In this document: positions 25,051 to 38,290 of the stretch, in pieces
Layout: each line of letters begins with the position of its first letter
Numbering within the stretch: position 1 is the first letter of the stretch
DNA from: Nemertoderma westbladi
Taxonomy: Eukaryota > Animalia > Xenacoelomorpha
Assembly: GCA_032718475.1 (NCBI GenBank)
Contig: JAUCBJ010004883.1
Location: 1 to 50,612 of the forward strand
Length of the DNA: 50,612 nucleotides
Reading direction: 5' to 3'
Made by a program: the position numbers and the translations under genes
The notes under the pieces: generated by a model
Seen by the model: only the letters and a program-made list of their open reading frames with translations
Databases searched by the model: none
What the model was told of the DNA's origin: nothing

Positions 25051-28000
25051 TCTTTCCATTGGACTAACTACAATGCGACTTATACAATATACTGTAGTAT
25101 AATAATATACATAATATACAAGATAAGTACAGTTGTCCATTTCACTATTTGTATATATGGGCCTACAGATGGTACTTCATTTTCTCACTATGCACTGACA
25201 CATCGCTTGTATGTATATTACTTTAAAAAGTGGGCCTACTAACCTTTAAGAATATTGACCTTCAAATCTGGAGCTGCAGTTCTAAATGTTGAACCAATTG
25301 AATCGTGTTCTATAATTGTTCATATAATATCATCTGGTGTCATTATGCGTGACCATAGTTTGAGGCCAAATGAATTTATGGCAGCCTGTGGTGGAATTTT
25401 TGAGGTAAATAGAGGAATACTTATGTCGAATACATTGAATTCCTTCCCATCATGAGAACTGGCAACCTGTAGTTAATAATGTGGGATAAATATTGGATAA
25501 ATGGTCAGTAATGGTTGACCGATGCGCCTGTAAATAGCCTCTCGTCAACAAGTCAACCCCACCGACTAGCGGTACTGGCTGTTTTTGCTGACGGGGCTCT
25601 GTCGAACAACGCGTCCCTGATAGCAGTAAAGGGGGTCTCTTTATTGAGAGGCAGTATTATTATTGCCGCGGAACTGCCCCAACTCATCACCTCTCCCACT
25701 CTCGCTCTCTGACGAAAATGAACATAAAATCAACATACACCAACCCACTACCCTACCCCACACCGCGACACCCACCCACACCTACGATCTGAAAGATTGT
25801 ACCCAATACAAAAAAAAACAGGATAAGTTGAATCATACAACTAAAGCGGTAAGCTTGCAAGACGAATGCATGATTTACTGAGAATATCAGTCATAATCTC
25901 ACTTAATGGAATACTGTACATATTGTTCAAAACTTTTACTAAATTAATTGCAATGCTCACCTATCATTTCGCGAGTGTCAATACATACTCTTACATACTC
26001 ATGCATGTTAAAAATTAAGGTATAATTGGTACTGTACAAATCTGACAAATACTGGGATTGTAATTCATCTAGCATGATATAAACTAACGAACAAATTGGC
26101 AATTAATATGGCTGATATTTACTTCTTTTTCATGTATATTTTTCAGAAATATTTCAATTGCATTAATTTACATATTTCCAGGCCCTTTCATCCCATTTTA
26201 CCAAATTTTTTACTTTCAGGGATTTTAATTTCCATGCGGTATAGGGTTCCGCAACTTTTAGTGGCAACACTAGAGACATCTAACCCAGGGTAGGGTATTC
26301 CTTAAATACCCCCTGTAGGTGTTGGGCTGGGCACCTATGGGTAAGATACAGCATAGCGCACTACCCAACTAACAAATTTCCAACTAAATCTTCCACTTTT
26401 TTTCTCTAAAACGCTCAAACTACCATCCCAACTTCAGAAAAACAGAATAAAATTGGATTAGTTAGTAATAAATACTATTACTATTTAATAAAGGTTCTAT
26501 ACCTATAATGATAACGCACAATATCTCTACTAAATACCCAACAAAACAATCCATCTAAACTACTATTCCCCTACCAATTAACAGATTACCAATACATCTC
26601 ACTATACCACATCAAAAATCAATGTCACACCACCACTGCCTTTTCATTACATTTATAATGATATCAACAACCCAAAGATACCCCATTTGCTATCATCTTA
26701 TTGATAAAGCGCGATTTTATACCTCTGTTATAAGATAGAATTATGGAGATAAATTTATACCCCTGTTATATTGAATATCCACCAAGAACAAACCAACTGT
26801 AGTTCTAAAATCGTCGGAAATGACGAAAATATTACGAAATTGTCTAATTTATAAATATACCGGTAAAATATAATTACTAAAATTAATTATAACTAAAATA
26901 TAATTACACTATGCAAAAACTTACATTACAGATGGATCGACATCGTATGAAGGTAACTTTCCATTTCTTTTTTTAAACTAAAAAAAAGTATCTGAGAATT
27001 TCACCCCATAAATAATTAATTTAAAATAAATATTTATATTAAAAATATAGGCCTATATGAATTAATAAATATATAACTTTAAAGTTTAAACATAATAAGG
27101 TTAGTAAACCAAAGTAACAAGCTTTTCTCTCGTTTAGTAAGATTTAATATTCAGCTGATATCCGGAAAACAACTGCCAGATATCCGATCAGACAGGATAC
27201 CAAAAAGTGCTATACCTGTATAAATTACTGTACGTACATTAATAACTTACCAAGTCTGAGGAATCAATAACATCATCTCCAACACTCTGACACTACCATC
27301 AGCTAATGGGGTTGATACGTCACTGATGTTTATTTCTGGTTGTCGCTCGTATAACGCCTCCCGCAAAAGTCTAAATTCACGTTTTAGTACATTTCGGTCA
27401 CGAGTATGTTGAACCCGTATTTCTTCTATTATTTCTTGCATCTCGGGATTGCCAGTACATGCAGAATTCGATTTTGAGGTACCGTTACTCGGATTAGTAC
27501 TATACTAGTGTTGGCACTATTAGCTGCAGTTCCTGAACGTATCGATTTACTGACGCTACTTGTTGAACTGCGGTCGATATTGATATCCAGTGTTTTGGAT
27601 CTTTTTCCACAACGCTTTTCCTTTTCTTTAGCAATTGTTATAAGCATATCGTTATCTACAACATCAGATGAATCACTATCATCCAATTTCTTTTGAATAC
27701 GAACACGTTTCCTCGGATTTTCTAAATTCTATTTGGTCTATACATACAGGCGGAATTTACTGGAATACATAATTAATAATAGTCCAAACATAATTAGGCC
27801 TATATTTTACCGTACTGCCGTAGGGGATAGAAGGGAGTGTTGAACCATGAGGAGGCAGGTTGGGTGAACCGGTGAATCAGTGCAATTTAAAGGAGAACGC
27901 TTGGGTTGGGCGTTTCCATGGATACACTATTAGAGAGACAATTAAAAACTGCACCTACTGTTGTACTTAGTCCAACTCTAGCCTACTTGCTCTTTTGCTA

Positions 28001-28139
28001 TGAAGGAAAGTATACTTTTGCCATATGTTTTCTATAACTGATAACTCTGGATGATTCTATGGATGATTACGTCACTGGTCTGCACTTTTCGTACGCAATG
28101 CATCTTTCAAAAAATGGGAGTAGTGTAGGAGGCTTGAAT

Positions 28140-28235
28140 CAATGGATGGGTAGGAGGGTTGAACCACTTCGGATGGATGGGTAGGGGGGTTGAACCACTT
28201 CGGATGGATGGGTAGGAGGGTTGAACGTTGAACCC
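28140..28235. repeat. ~30-bp tandem repeat ggatgggtaggagggttgaaccacttc
   Basis: Three copies; related gttgaacc motifs at ~27840. Confidence 0.8.
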
Positions 28236-31200
28236 CTTTCCTATTGGTTGTTCTGGATATTTATCTACAAGTATGGTGTATGGATGGTATTTAGTAGGAC
28301 TAATTGACTATACTTGTTTCATTATTACATTCTTATCAACCCGTAGATAACGGTAGAGGCATAGTCGGAAGATGTTCATTGTTGAGTCCGAACTCCGAAC
28401 CAGAGCCACAGGCTATAGAGGGGGAGAATAATAAACGCACCCGATTACATATATTTGAACTAAATAAATATTACTTACAGTAACACAACAGCTCAATGTG
28501 AATTAGGGCCATACTCAATTAATCATCGTCCAGTGCAATGTGCAATGATATATTGATAGATTCGGAATAAATTGGTTCAGGTATTTGTGCAATTTCAGCC
28601 TTAAGCTACGATATGGAACAGAATAAACAATTTTTTGGAAATTTTGGTTCAACCCTCCTTACTCTCCCCGACTTGAAATCTAATTACGGTAATTAAATTA
28701 TTAATAAACAATGGAGAATAATTATTTTGAGTGAGTACCGCAACAATATTATGATTTAGTAGCCTAGTTGAAAAATAAATATCTTTAGTGGGAAAAATTT
28801 GTGGTATAATTATGCCAGTTATTGTTCCGAGTTTAAAACTGTTTAATGCTAGAACATAGCTTGCAAATTTCAATTCTAAAGCGTAAGGGTGAGATTGGTA
28901 TAGGCGAGATACCGGGATTTCCGAAAATTTATTATAATAATGTTTAATACTAATTTTATTTTGTACGAGTAATTTAAATATTATATGATATCAGTACCGG
29001 TATATAAAATAATAATCATTGAAATATGCATGTTATTTATATTAAATTTTACATTTACATTGTATTTTTGAGGGACCCGTTGTTGTGGGAAGGCCCTAAG
29101 CCAAAGCCTAGTTGGACTACTGTAAGTTTACAATATCGCGCAATACTTACTCATTCTGTTTGGCCCTATTACTGTATTATCCGCAATGTGAAAAATGTTA
29201 TTATAATTTTTAATGATATTTGTCTTATAGCCTAATTAACTACAATTATTTCATTAGTTTATTATTATATTAATATTTAGTTCATCAGTGCCTAATAAAA
29301 AATAGTAAATAGCCTACAAATCTGAAATTAGCAATTAGAGGGATAAACTGTAAAATGCACAGAAAATAAATGCAAAATCAAATAATAATTATTGTCTTAA
29401 ATCAGTAAATGGAAACAGTTGGTTGTCTACTTCCAATAACTGTGATGGCTGGAGATGAATCAGCCTGAAAATTGTTGTTGTTGGAAAAATTCTGTAGGCA
29501 GTATTCGCCACTGTGTAGATGTAGACTTTAGATGTGTGCGGTATTAAGGTCAATTTTAGTTATAAACTTTTCTTTCTTCTTGAGGCGGTATTGATGGATT
29601 TACCTGTCTTGTCTTATTAAGGTTGCTGGGTAGGAGCAGACATAAACAAAAGTATCGGGCTGAAACAGTGTAGAAAGACACAGTAGAAAGCAAAATCACA
29701 TCATATGGTTGGTTACTTTAACACACTATATTAGATTTCTTGCAAGGAAGGGTAGGGGCATCATTCATCATGGCAAGTTGTTTTATCTAATATTATATAA
29801 CTTAAAACTTACTGTGATTTCGCTATTTTCCCCAATCACCCTAATATTAATATTTCAGATCCCCATTCGCTTGCTCATTTTCTCTCTCCCCAATCACCCC
29901 CCCCCCCCCCCCCCCCCTCCCCCCACCCCATTCAGCCACTATTCCCTTACCGCAAGCCCCCGGTGGTGGCTTGTTTGTCAAGTTTAAGTTTCAATTACTG
30001 CATGCACCATCCATAAAATAAAATTTAAGATGTGAACATAGGTGCACCATTCCGTTCAAAACTTTGATGATCTTGTTATGATCATGTTATGATCTTTGCA
30101 GATATGAAATATACATAGTACATTTTTGCACACACTTAAATATCATAACTTTGTAATGTTACTAGAGGATTTTTAAGTTGCCAATATGCATCATAAGTAG
30201 AAGATAAATTAAGAGAACTTAAAATGTTCACTTTCCGGTTCCAGTCTTTCATGATCTTAACAAGATAATGTTATGATCTTGACAGGTTTACAATGTATTA
30301 TGATCTTTGCAGACATACTAAAGACATTGCATGATCATTACAGGTCTTTGAAGATTCGTAAAGTTGCTAGACTAGGGAGGTCATTCCTGTCTGACAGGAA
30401 TGTCCTGTCAGACAATTGATTTTGCCTGCGGTAAATTGACCCGTAATTTTGATTTACATTAGAGGGAAAGGCAATTGAAGATACGGAGGTTACATATGCA
30501 TGTTTTTCTAAATTCCCAGTAATTCAACTGGTCCTTATAAAACATGCTTAGACAGCAGTAATCTGAACCCATAATGACTGCGTTTTTGTAAGACGTGTAG
30601 TTGTCATTGGTGATCTGGCCTAAGCCAAATAGAAGCCTAAGATAAAACTTGAAACCTCCATACATGCAATGAACGTAAGTCATATTCTTTTATATAATTT
30701 TGAATCTCCTTTAAATCACGTGATGCTGGCTGTCTTACTGAATGGTAGATGTAATATTATGGTTTTGTTCAAGTGTATGGTAAAATAATTTAGTGTTCTC
30801 GAATATTTATTAAGTATCTAGATAATATCTATATAATCCAATCCTTGATATATAATACTATAATAATGATATATAATAAATAGTTTTTCTTTAATCTACA
30901 GGTACATTTTACCTATGTGACTTATAATTTACATTGTAGTTTATATGCAACATAAATGGCAGACCCAGAAAGTCTTTTGGTTTTTTCTCAAAATTGGAAG
31001 CAAAAATAAAACCTGAAGCACATACTCGGTTTTGGAATGAGAGCGTCGTACTATTAATACAGTACATCTATATTACCATAACGTCAATATTATAGCCCAC
31101 GAGTACGAAGGTAGTTACAGTACTATAGGAATCATAAATGTTAATGGCCAGGAAATACCCCTGGCCATTAAATGGGCAGTGGAAAATTAAATTGTAAAAT

Positions 31201-31337
31201 AATTTAATAAATTTATGTGTAATGAACAATGAATTGTAGTTAACCTGTTAAGTTAATGCAAATTTAATAAATAATATTGTAATAATTTGTTCAGAAATTG
31301 AAAAAATGAGACAGCGCATCACCAGGGGTTGATCCAG

Positions 31338-31386
31338 CGCTACAGTATACGTACGTTTCGGCCTATCAGGACTCTATTCAGTAGCA
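31338..31386 (-). ncRNA. Degenerate minimal hammerhead ribozyme motif
   Basis: gcta-CTGAATAGA-gtcct gat aggcc-GAAA-cgtacg-TA-[tactg]-tagc. Confidence 0.5.
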
Positions 31387-31954
31387 TTAATAGGTTCCCT
31401 GCCAAACTCCCCAGACTCTGGCCATTCCACTTCTATTGAACAGGCAGTCTTTAGTTGCATATCCTATCTCTAAAAGCGGACCTACCGGCCTCAAGTATGC
31501 TAGAGTGAAACAGGAGTGAAGTACAAATAAATAGATATTCAGCTCGAGTATCGCTGCCAGGTGATATTAATAAATGAATGATTTGTAGTTGAGCTGTTAA
31601 TGCAACTTAAAGAATGATATTGAAAATAAGTTGTCCAGAAATGGAGAAAATGAGAAAGCGCGTCCTAAATTCCTTAAGTATGTTAAAGTGAAACAGGATG
31701 GAAGTACAAATAAATAAATGGTCAGCTCGAGTATTGATTAATTAACATTAATTAGCATGGTAATTATTAATTACTAATTAATTTAATTAATTAATAATAA
31801 CTTAAATAATTACAAATAAATATATATTCAGTACCAGTATTGCTGGCTATGGTCATACTAATTAATTAAATAATTCAGTATAGTTCAGCCACTCTCTCCT
31901 GACATCCTTTTACACTAATATAATAACTAATAAACTTATGTTTTATCATTTTAG

Positions 31955-33735
31955 ATGGAGAAATACGGTGTAATACATGGCCGATATGCTTGGCGGGCAT
32001 CACTCAAAGATGTCACCGATAACCCGGCGGTGATGGAGGGGCACCATATGGCGGCCATGATTCTTAACGTAACCTGGGCCGGAAATAAAATTAAACCGGC
32101 ACTTATTTCCCAGTCGCCAGCGAAGAAGGCCAAGGCGTCTTCCTACCATACTCTGGACTTCATACAGTAAGTATAAATTATTACTATTACTGATACTAAT
32201 GATACTATTTTTTCAATATTCGCAATATGTGACACTACTACCAAAAAATAACATGAATTAAAAAATAATCATCAATTGAAATTATGTATATTAATACATT
32301 AAGTTACTAATTTGGTGTTGTTCAAACTAAATCCTATTAAAAATACAATTGTTGGTTACATGCTAAAGTTAAATTTTCACTAACTACAATAATATTATAT
32401 TTATAATAATATATAGCGATATGTCTTCTAATGAGACGTTCTCGATGTTGTTCATCCTACATGCCGATTCCGAGATGTTTTACGAGAACGGGATCCGCGT
32501 GGGGGACATTTATCGCCATCCTTGAGCCGGGGTCCCGTGGGGGGTAGACGACACATTCCCGTGATTGTATCCCAGCTTAGTCCGGTGCACCGTAGGGCAG
32601 CCCCCATCTACCCTCTGCGTCACTCTAAATTGGAGGAAGTCACGAAATCGCCAGAACTGGCGGGTTTCTGCCTTGAAATCCCTACACTTGCTTTATCCGG
32701 GGTTTGTGTTGTTGTTCATATTATTTATTATTTGTAAATAAAGATTAATAATAATTATTATTATTGTAGATAAGTTTGTCAATTTCTACTACATATATTT
32801 TTAACACCATATTAAGCAGAATTGCTTTTATTACAAAAAAAATAATGACTTTCCTAAACAATAAGCAATATACATAATAAAAATAAATAATGAATAATGA
32901 ATAATAATAAATCTCATTTATAAATATTGTATTTTATAGATGATATTGAAGGTGGGTGGGGGCAACTTGTGCCGAGGTCTAAAGGGGGCGGCCTGCCCAT
33001 GCTACCGGCGGGGGTTGAACCTGTCATGGTGTATTGAAGGGGACATCCTCCTGCCAGAGATTTGCGATGCCGAGAACAAGACGGTGCAGCCACACATATT
33101 TTCATTACGGGATTTTACCGCGATGTTTCTAAATAGACAACAACAAAGGTACAAACAAGTACGTATTTTTAATATTCAAATTGATAATAAAATTTGTTAA
33201 TTAAAAAATATGGAAAACCTTGACGTTAATCATTTACATACTTACATTATTGCACTTTTTAATTAATTGATAGTAGCAATAATAAATAAACACGTTTGTA
33301 AGATATAAAAAATAGGCTACCAATTAAAGTCATACCAAAAAATAAATGCTTTTTGGTGAGATAAATATTCAAAATTGGGGGATGTAAATTGGTGCTACAA
33401 AAAAATATATATGGTGCTAAATAATTTTTTTGTGTGAAATCATCTAATTTGGGGTTGCAGTCAATTAGTTGCTTAAAAATATGACATTCCCATGAAAAAA
33501 TGTTACATTAAAAATAATATAATTATTGACATTTTATAAAATTTTGCAATATGCAAAAAACGTAATAATGGCTATTATTATATTATTAAAACGTAACTAT
33601 TGGATAATTTAGATTCCAAATTTAGTTTAAATATTTTTATTTCAAATATTATTTAAATTTTCAGGCGAAAAATCACCGGCATCTCACCAGTCCGCGTTTC
33701 CTCCTCTTATAGGAATATGATAAGGCTACACTAGC
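31955..33735 (+). pseudogene. Four-exon gene of unknown family with one frameshift (exons 31955-32166, 32417-32701, 32940-33148, 33665-~33735)
   Basis: GC-rich exons in very AT-rich introns, all GT-AG and phase-compatible; motifs GIRVGD(I)IAILEP and NLCRG..ACPC. Confidence 0.6.
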
Positions 33736-34039
33736 TTTGCTATAGTAAAATCATGTTCCTTTATTGTAAAGTTTTTGTTTTTTGTATTTTACATACTTAC
33801 ATATTTTACATACGTATTATACTACATAATTATGAAAAGTGGCCTGTAAATGCACAGGTTCGTGAGTTTGTCTCCTATTCGAGGATCCCCCCATCCAGAG
33901 AACTCCGGACATAATCATGGTGAGAACCTACCAATAAGGTGGATTCACATGTACAGTCTGCTGCTGCAGAGGTCAGCCAGCCATTGATAGTGCCAGAGAA
34001 GCCAGCCGCTTCTGAGAACTTAGAAGATATTCGTCTTAT

Positions 34040-35328
34040 AACTTATTTACATGGTTTAATAACTTTTTAATAGGTAGAACACAACGTGTTAAGATAGGGT
34101 CGAATTATTCAAGTTATTCTAGAATTATATCAGTTGTCAGATGTAAGCATATCATTATATCAAGGTTCCTGTGCAGGACCATTATTATTCCTGCTATATA
34201 TTAACGATTTGCGCGATAATTTTGATTCTGGTGTTAACACACGTTTAATTGCTGATGATGCAAAGTTATTTTCTTCCTTTGGTACAGTGACGGGATAGCT
34301 TTAGTAATTGGTCGGATGATTGGCAATTATCAGTTGCCAACCATAAATGTAAAATTTTAGCAGTAGGAAAAGCTCACGAGGAAGCCTGTTACTATAATAA
34401 TGGCTTGCAACTCAAAAACGTGTCCTCGTTCCATGACGTGGGAGTAATCATTGATAAAAATCTTTTATTTTCTGAGCACATTATGAATATAACTTCATCT
34501 GCGTATAAATCTATAAACCGTATATTTAGATGTTTTATCACGTCCAATAAGTATCTCTGTTAACATCCTACAAATTGTATACACGACCAATTCTAGAATA
34601 CAGTAGTACTGTCTGGAATCCATTTCTTAAAGCCAACCAGTTTTATGGTTTGACTGATAAATTAGAAGCGGTACAGCGGTACTTCACCCGGCGCCTTTTT
34701 TATCAATGTAAATTAGATACTGAAACACCTTATATAGATCAAAAGATTGAAATTATTGGAACTTGAACCTCTCGAGTTACGTCCTATTCATAGAGACCTA
34801 GTACTCATGTATAGAATTATGCATAAGCAAAGTGGCTTAAATAGCGAGTTATAGCGAGAAATAGCGAGTCACAACTTTAAAATTAGAAGTCAGAAATTTA
34901 AAACTTATAGAATCGGTAATATATTTTTTAATCTTGTAGTCAATATTTGGAATGGACTACCGAGTCACGTGGTTAATTCGTCCAGCACCGATTTATTTAA
35001 ACGCAGAATTCGTGAATGTGATTTTTCCAAGTACTGCAAGTTTCATAGAAATTTATAATTCAAGTGTCCATTATAAAAGTGTCCGTATTTTGATTATGAT
35101 TGTGATTGTTTTATTGTCATTTTATATTACTTTTATTTAGATATTTTCTATTTTATTTAATTAATTACTTAAAGCTAAAACATTAGTCGCTTCGTGGTCT
35201 TTATTTTGTAAATTCAGTGCTTTCGTTTTAATGTATGTATATGTGTACTGACTTTTATTGCGCTGTTTTAACTTAGGTGGAGATGTTTCCCCTTTAATAA
35301 AATATCTTATCTTATCTTATCTTATCTC
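34040..35328 (+). mobile_element. CR1-type LINE, decayed 3' half with (ATCTT)n tail
   Basis: QGSCAGPLLFLLYINDL..IADDAKLF; YTRPILEYSSTVWNP..LEAVQRYFTRR; IWNGLP; aataaa followed by atctt repeats. Confidence 0.85.
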
Positions 35329-35505
35329 TGTCTTACCACTTACTCTTCAGCTGCCACTTGACGAAAGTGTAATTGTGGAAATTACTACCACCACTGGTAA
35401 TGATACTGCAGTATGATTGAAATAATATATATTTATACTTCGTATTGTTGTTGATATTTTCTATTTTGCATTATATTTTTATATACTCAATAATATGTAG
35501 ATCAA

Positions 35506-35820
35506 ATGGCTAACCTAAAAATCATCTCATATAATTGCAACTCTGTCAAACGACCAGTTGCACTGAAAACAATTAAAGATATGTGTAATATTGGTGTTGA
35601 TTGTATATGTTCATATACTGTTCGGCATATAATGCCAAACCACAGGTGGAATCTCGGACAAAAGAGCCCAGGTGGAATATGGTTAAGGGAAAGTGAATTC
35701 CTTTTACACATTTGAGTGTTAATGGTGATTTCAATGCCCATGTTACAAGATCTTTTTTCACTGAACTCTGTAATTGGTGTGAGAATTTGATAATTAAGTG
35801 ATGATGAAAAATTACGTGCC
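35506..35820 (+). mobile_element. LINE APE endonuclease 5' remnant
   Basis: MANLKIISYNCN and GDFNAH motifs. Confidence 0.6.
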
Positions 35821-36229
35821 GAAAATGCTGTTTGATGTAAATGCCATTTTAGAGTCGAATTTACACTTAAAAGTTGAATTTAAAAAAAAAGTTTTAAATG
35901 AAATTTGAACTTCTCCCCGACTGTTGTTAGTACTGAACTAAATACTGAAACAGGCTAATCAACTAATGGATAAAATAAATATAAGCAGAAATAACCCTCA
36001 GGCGCTGTTCTGGGCCATGGTCATGGACATGGGTGGGGTCATCTCGCCATGGCCGTGGGCATGGGTGATACCTCCCCCTACCTCTTTGCGGATGTCGCCA
36101 AAGCAGCTGCACCCCCCCCCCCCCCTATCGCTGGTGCCCTAGACGTCTCCCCACCAGTCGCCCCCCTAGCTGCCACCGATGCCCCAGCAGTCGCCAACCC
36201 ACCAGTCACCCTGATGCTCCACCACAGCC

Positions 36230-38290
36230 GATTCTCAGAGCTAACCATAATCTGGTATCTGGCTTTGTTAAAACGGGCCATATCCAATCAAGTGTCAGTG
36301 GCTTCTCTCAATTCTCCCTTCCGAAGTACCTGATGGATACTTGAAGAAGAATCCTTGATGAAATCGATTCTGCCATCATTCATCTTTGACATGAATATTC
36401 TCATCTATGGTGTGAATAAGATATCCCAACTCGCAAGAGAAGGGGCAAGAAAATTGAGATCCCTGCTGGGAAATGAGTTTCTGTAGAGAGTAAAATGGCA
36501 GCTTGATGAGGCAAAGAAAGCAAAGAAAGAAAAATATGAAGAAAGAACAAAGAAGGTCCATGTATGGAAGGATAATAAAGCATCTGAAAGGTCCGAGAAA
36601 GTTCAAGATGCTGCTCAGGCAAGAAAATCAGCTGGCCCTAAACCTAAGCAGAGGTGAAAGCGAATAAGAAGCCCAAGTCCATCTACTCATTTTGTATATC
36701 ATTTTCTGAGTTACTTCTTCTACTCTACCAATCTTGTGATCCTAATGAGCATTCCCCAACCCATGAGTAATCCTTTTGGCGACATGATTTAAACATTCCA
36801 ATTTTATAATAGGATGTGCTGGACAATAAGGAGGATTATCACACATCTGGACAAATACAGCACTATCACCATCGCTCAACATCTCAGTATATCGTCATTA
36901 ATGCAAGCTACGGATCTATTCCACATATACCACTTTACACAATTCATCCATGATACCTATCTTAATAAGGGACAACTCCTTCTGTTCTTTATTTTTTCCC
37001 CTTCCTGTATAAGAAGTTTGTCGCACAAAGTCTTGTGTTAACAAACTGCCGAACTGGCGATACACCATGTCTCTAAGTGTATCCACCGAGCCTGGACAAG
37101 CTCTTTGCCATATCTTCATTCTCCATTAATGAAAGAAGTTCTGTTTCATTATTAGCTGGTGTAAATAACTTAGGATAACTTTTGGTGTAACCACCACATT
37201 CTTCACAAATCAAAGGATATTGATACTCGATATTAGCTATAATTTATGTTCATGGACTTAATTTCCATGCAGTTATTGTAAGACATCTTCCAAATGTCTT
37301 CCATTAAGACATCTATAGGATTTAGATGTTGGTACAGTTTCGGATGAAGGAGGAGGAGGAGGTGGTACAACAACTCGCTTTGGCATCACGCTATCACAGG
37401 GGATCTGAGCTGGCCAGAGCGTGAATCTGTCTGTCTGATTGAATCTATCATAGTGTATGGATGATAGAAATAAAATAAAATACTGAGGGTCTTTAGCTGG
37501 TTTTATTAGATTAATTAAAAATATAATAGTAAACGTTTTCGACCAACCGGTCTGCATCAGACTATGTACTGGCAACTAACAGGAAAGAGTAGAGGGTCTT
37601 TATAAATATTAATAGTATTAATAGTATTAATAGGGAATACCCGATAGGTAAATCCCAGAAAAGGTAACGTGAATATATAATGTATGGTATAATTGTGATA
37701 GTTATATTACATATGGCATAAGGTTGGTATTTTTATTAGATATTTTGTTTCTTCATTAGAATTCTGTTATTTAAATTGCGAAAAAAATTAATTTATTCGC
37801 GATAAAATTAATTAAATCGCAATAAAATTAATTAAATCGTGATCAAAATGATTTATTTCATGATAAAACTAATTGCTAAACCGTAGCTAAACTTCCTAGA
37901 GAATTCCCACTTTCAGGATACAGGATGATCAATTCCTTATTGAGGACTCAATGCAATATTAATGGAGGTTTAAACAGAGCTAATGCTGTTTTGCACGAGA
38001 TAGATCCCATATCGTCTTCCATTTGGGTGCTGTAGAGATATATGGTTTGTCTTCTAGAATGCGTGGTGAAAAAGGTTGTGAAAATCGTGATGTGGCAGCT
38101 CACATGATTGCAAGCAGAGGTGGTAACTGCGGTAGCTATCACATATTTATATTCCACTGATGGCTCTCAATTCATAGATTTGTGTTTATACTCAATGCCT
38201 ATTCCATTGCTGTATTTTAACAAATTTACAACAGTATTGTTAACACTATTTGGGATTCTGTGTTACTCTATTCGTCTCATTAATTCCACA
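36230..38290 (-). mobile_element. Mutator-like transposase remnant, copy 1 (fragmented)
   Basis: RYTEMLSDGDSAVFVQMCDNPPYCPAHPIIKLECLNHVAKR at ~36770-36900; homologous in inverted orientation to 41750-42240. Confidence 0.65.
37526..37565 (-). ncRNA. Minimal type-I hammerhead motif, probably from a Penelope pseudo-LTR remnant
   Basis: atagt-CTGATGCA-gacc ggtt ggtc-GAAA-acgt-TT-actat; palindromic stem III. Confidence 0.6.

Larger units (their letters stand above)
23656..27722 (-). pseudogene. Intron-containing coiled-coil plus BEN-domain pseudogene (exons ~27251-27722, 25244-25466, 23656-23813)
   Basis: Canonical in-phase splice sites give NSFGLKLWSRIMTPDDII*TIIEHDSIGSTFRTAAPDLKVNILKEMVTKRFSLNNSLFRNAMWPKLRRSINQKGIDAKRK; one TGA and frameshifts. 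Confidence 0.65.
22736..30377. mobile_element. Non-autonomous CMC/EnSpm-type element (7.6 kb) carrying a BEN-domain gene
   Basis: TIR CCCTAGTCTTGCAAC (22736) / GTTGCTAGACTAGGG (ends 30377); AG TSD on both sides; gatctttgcag subterminal repeats at 22760-22950 and 30060-30360. Confidence 0.8.

Noticed and set aside
25515-25712. Extra exon of the BEN gene
   Set aside because: Stops in all three minus-strand frames, no donor found, and the flanking exons already join in phase without it.
31141-31170. Hairpin ttaatggccagg...cctggccattaa as a terminator or ncRNA
   Set aside because: Isolated palindrome with no supporting context; likely a collapsed MITE remnant.
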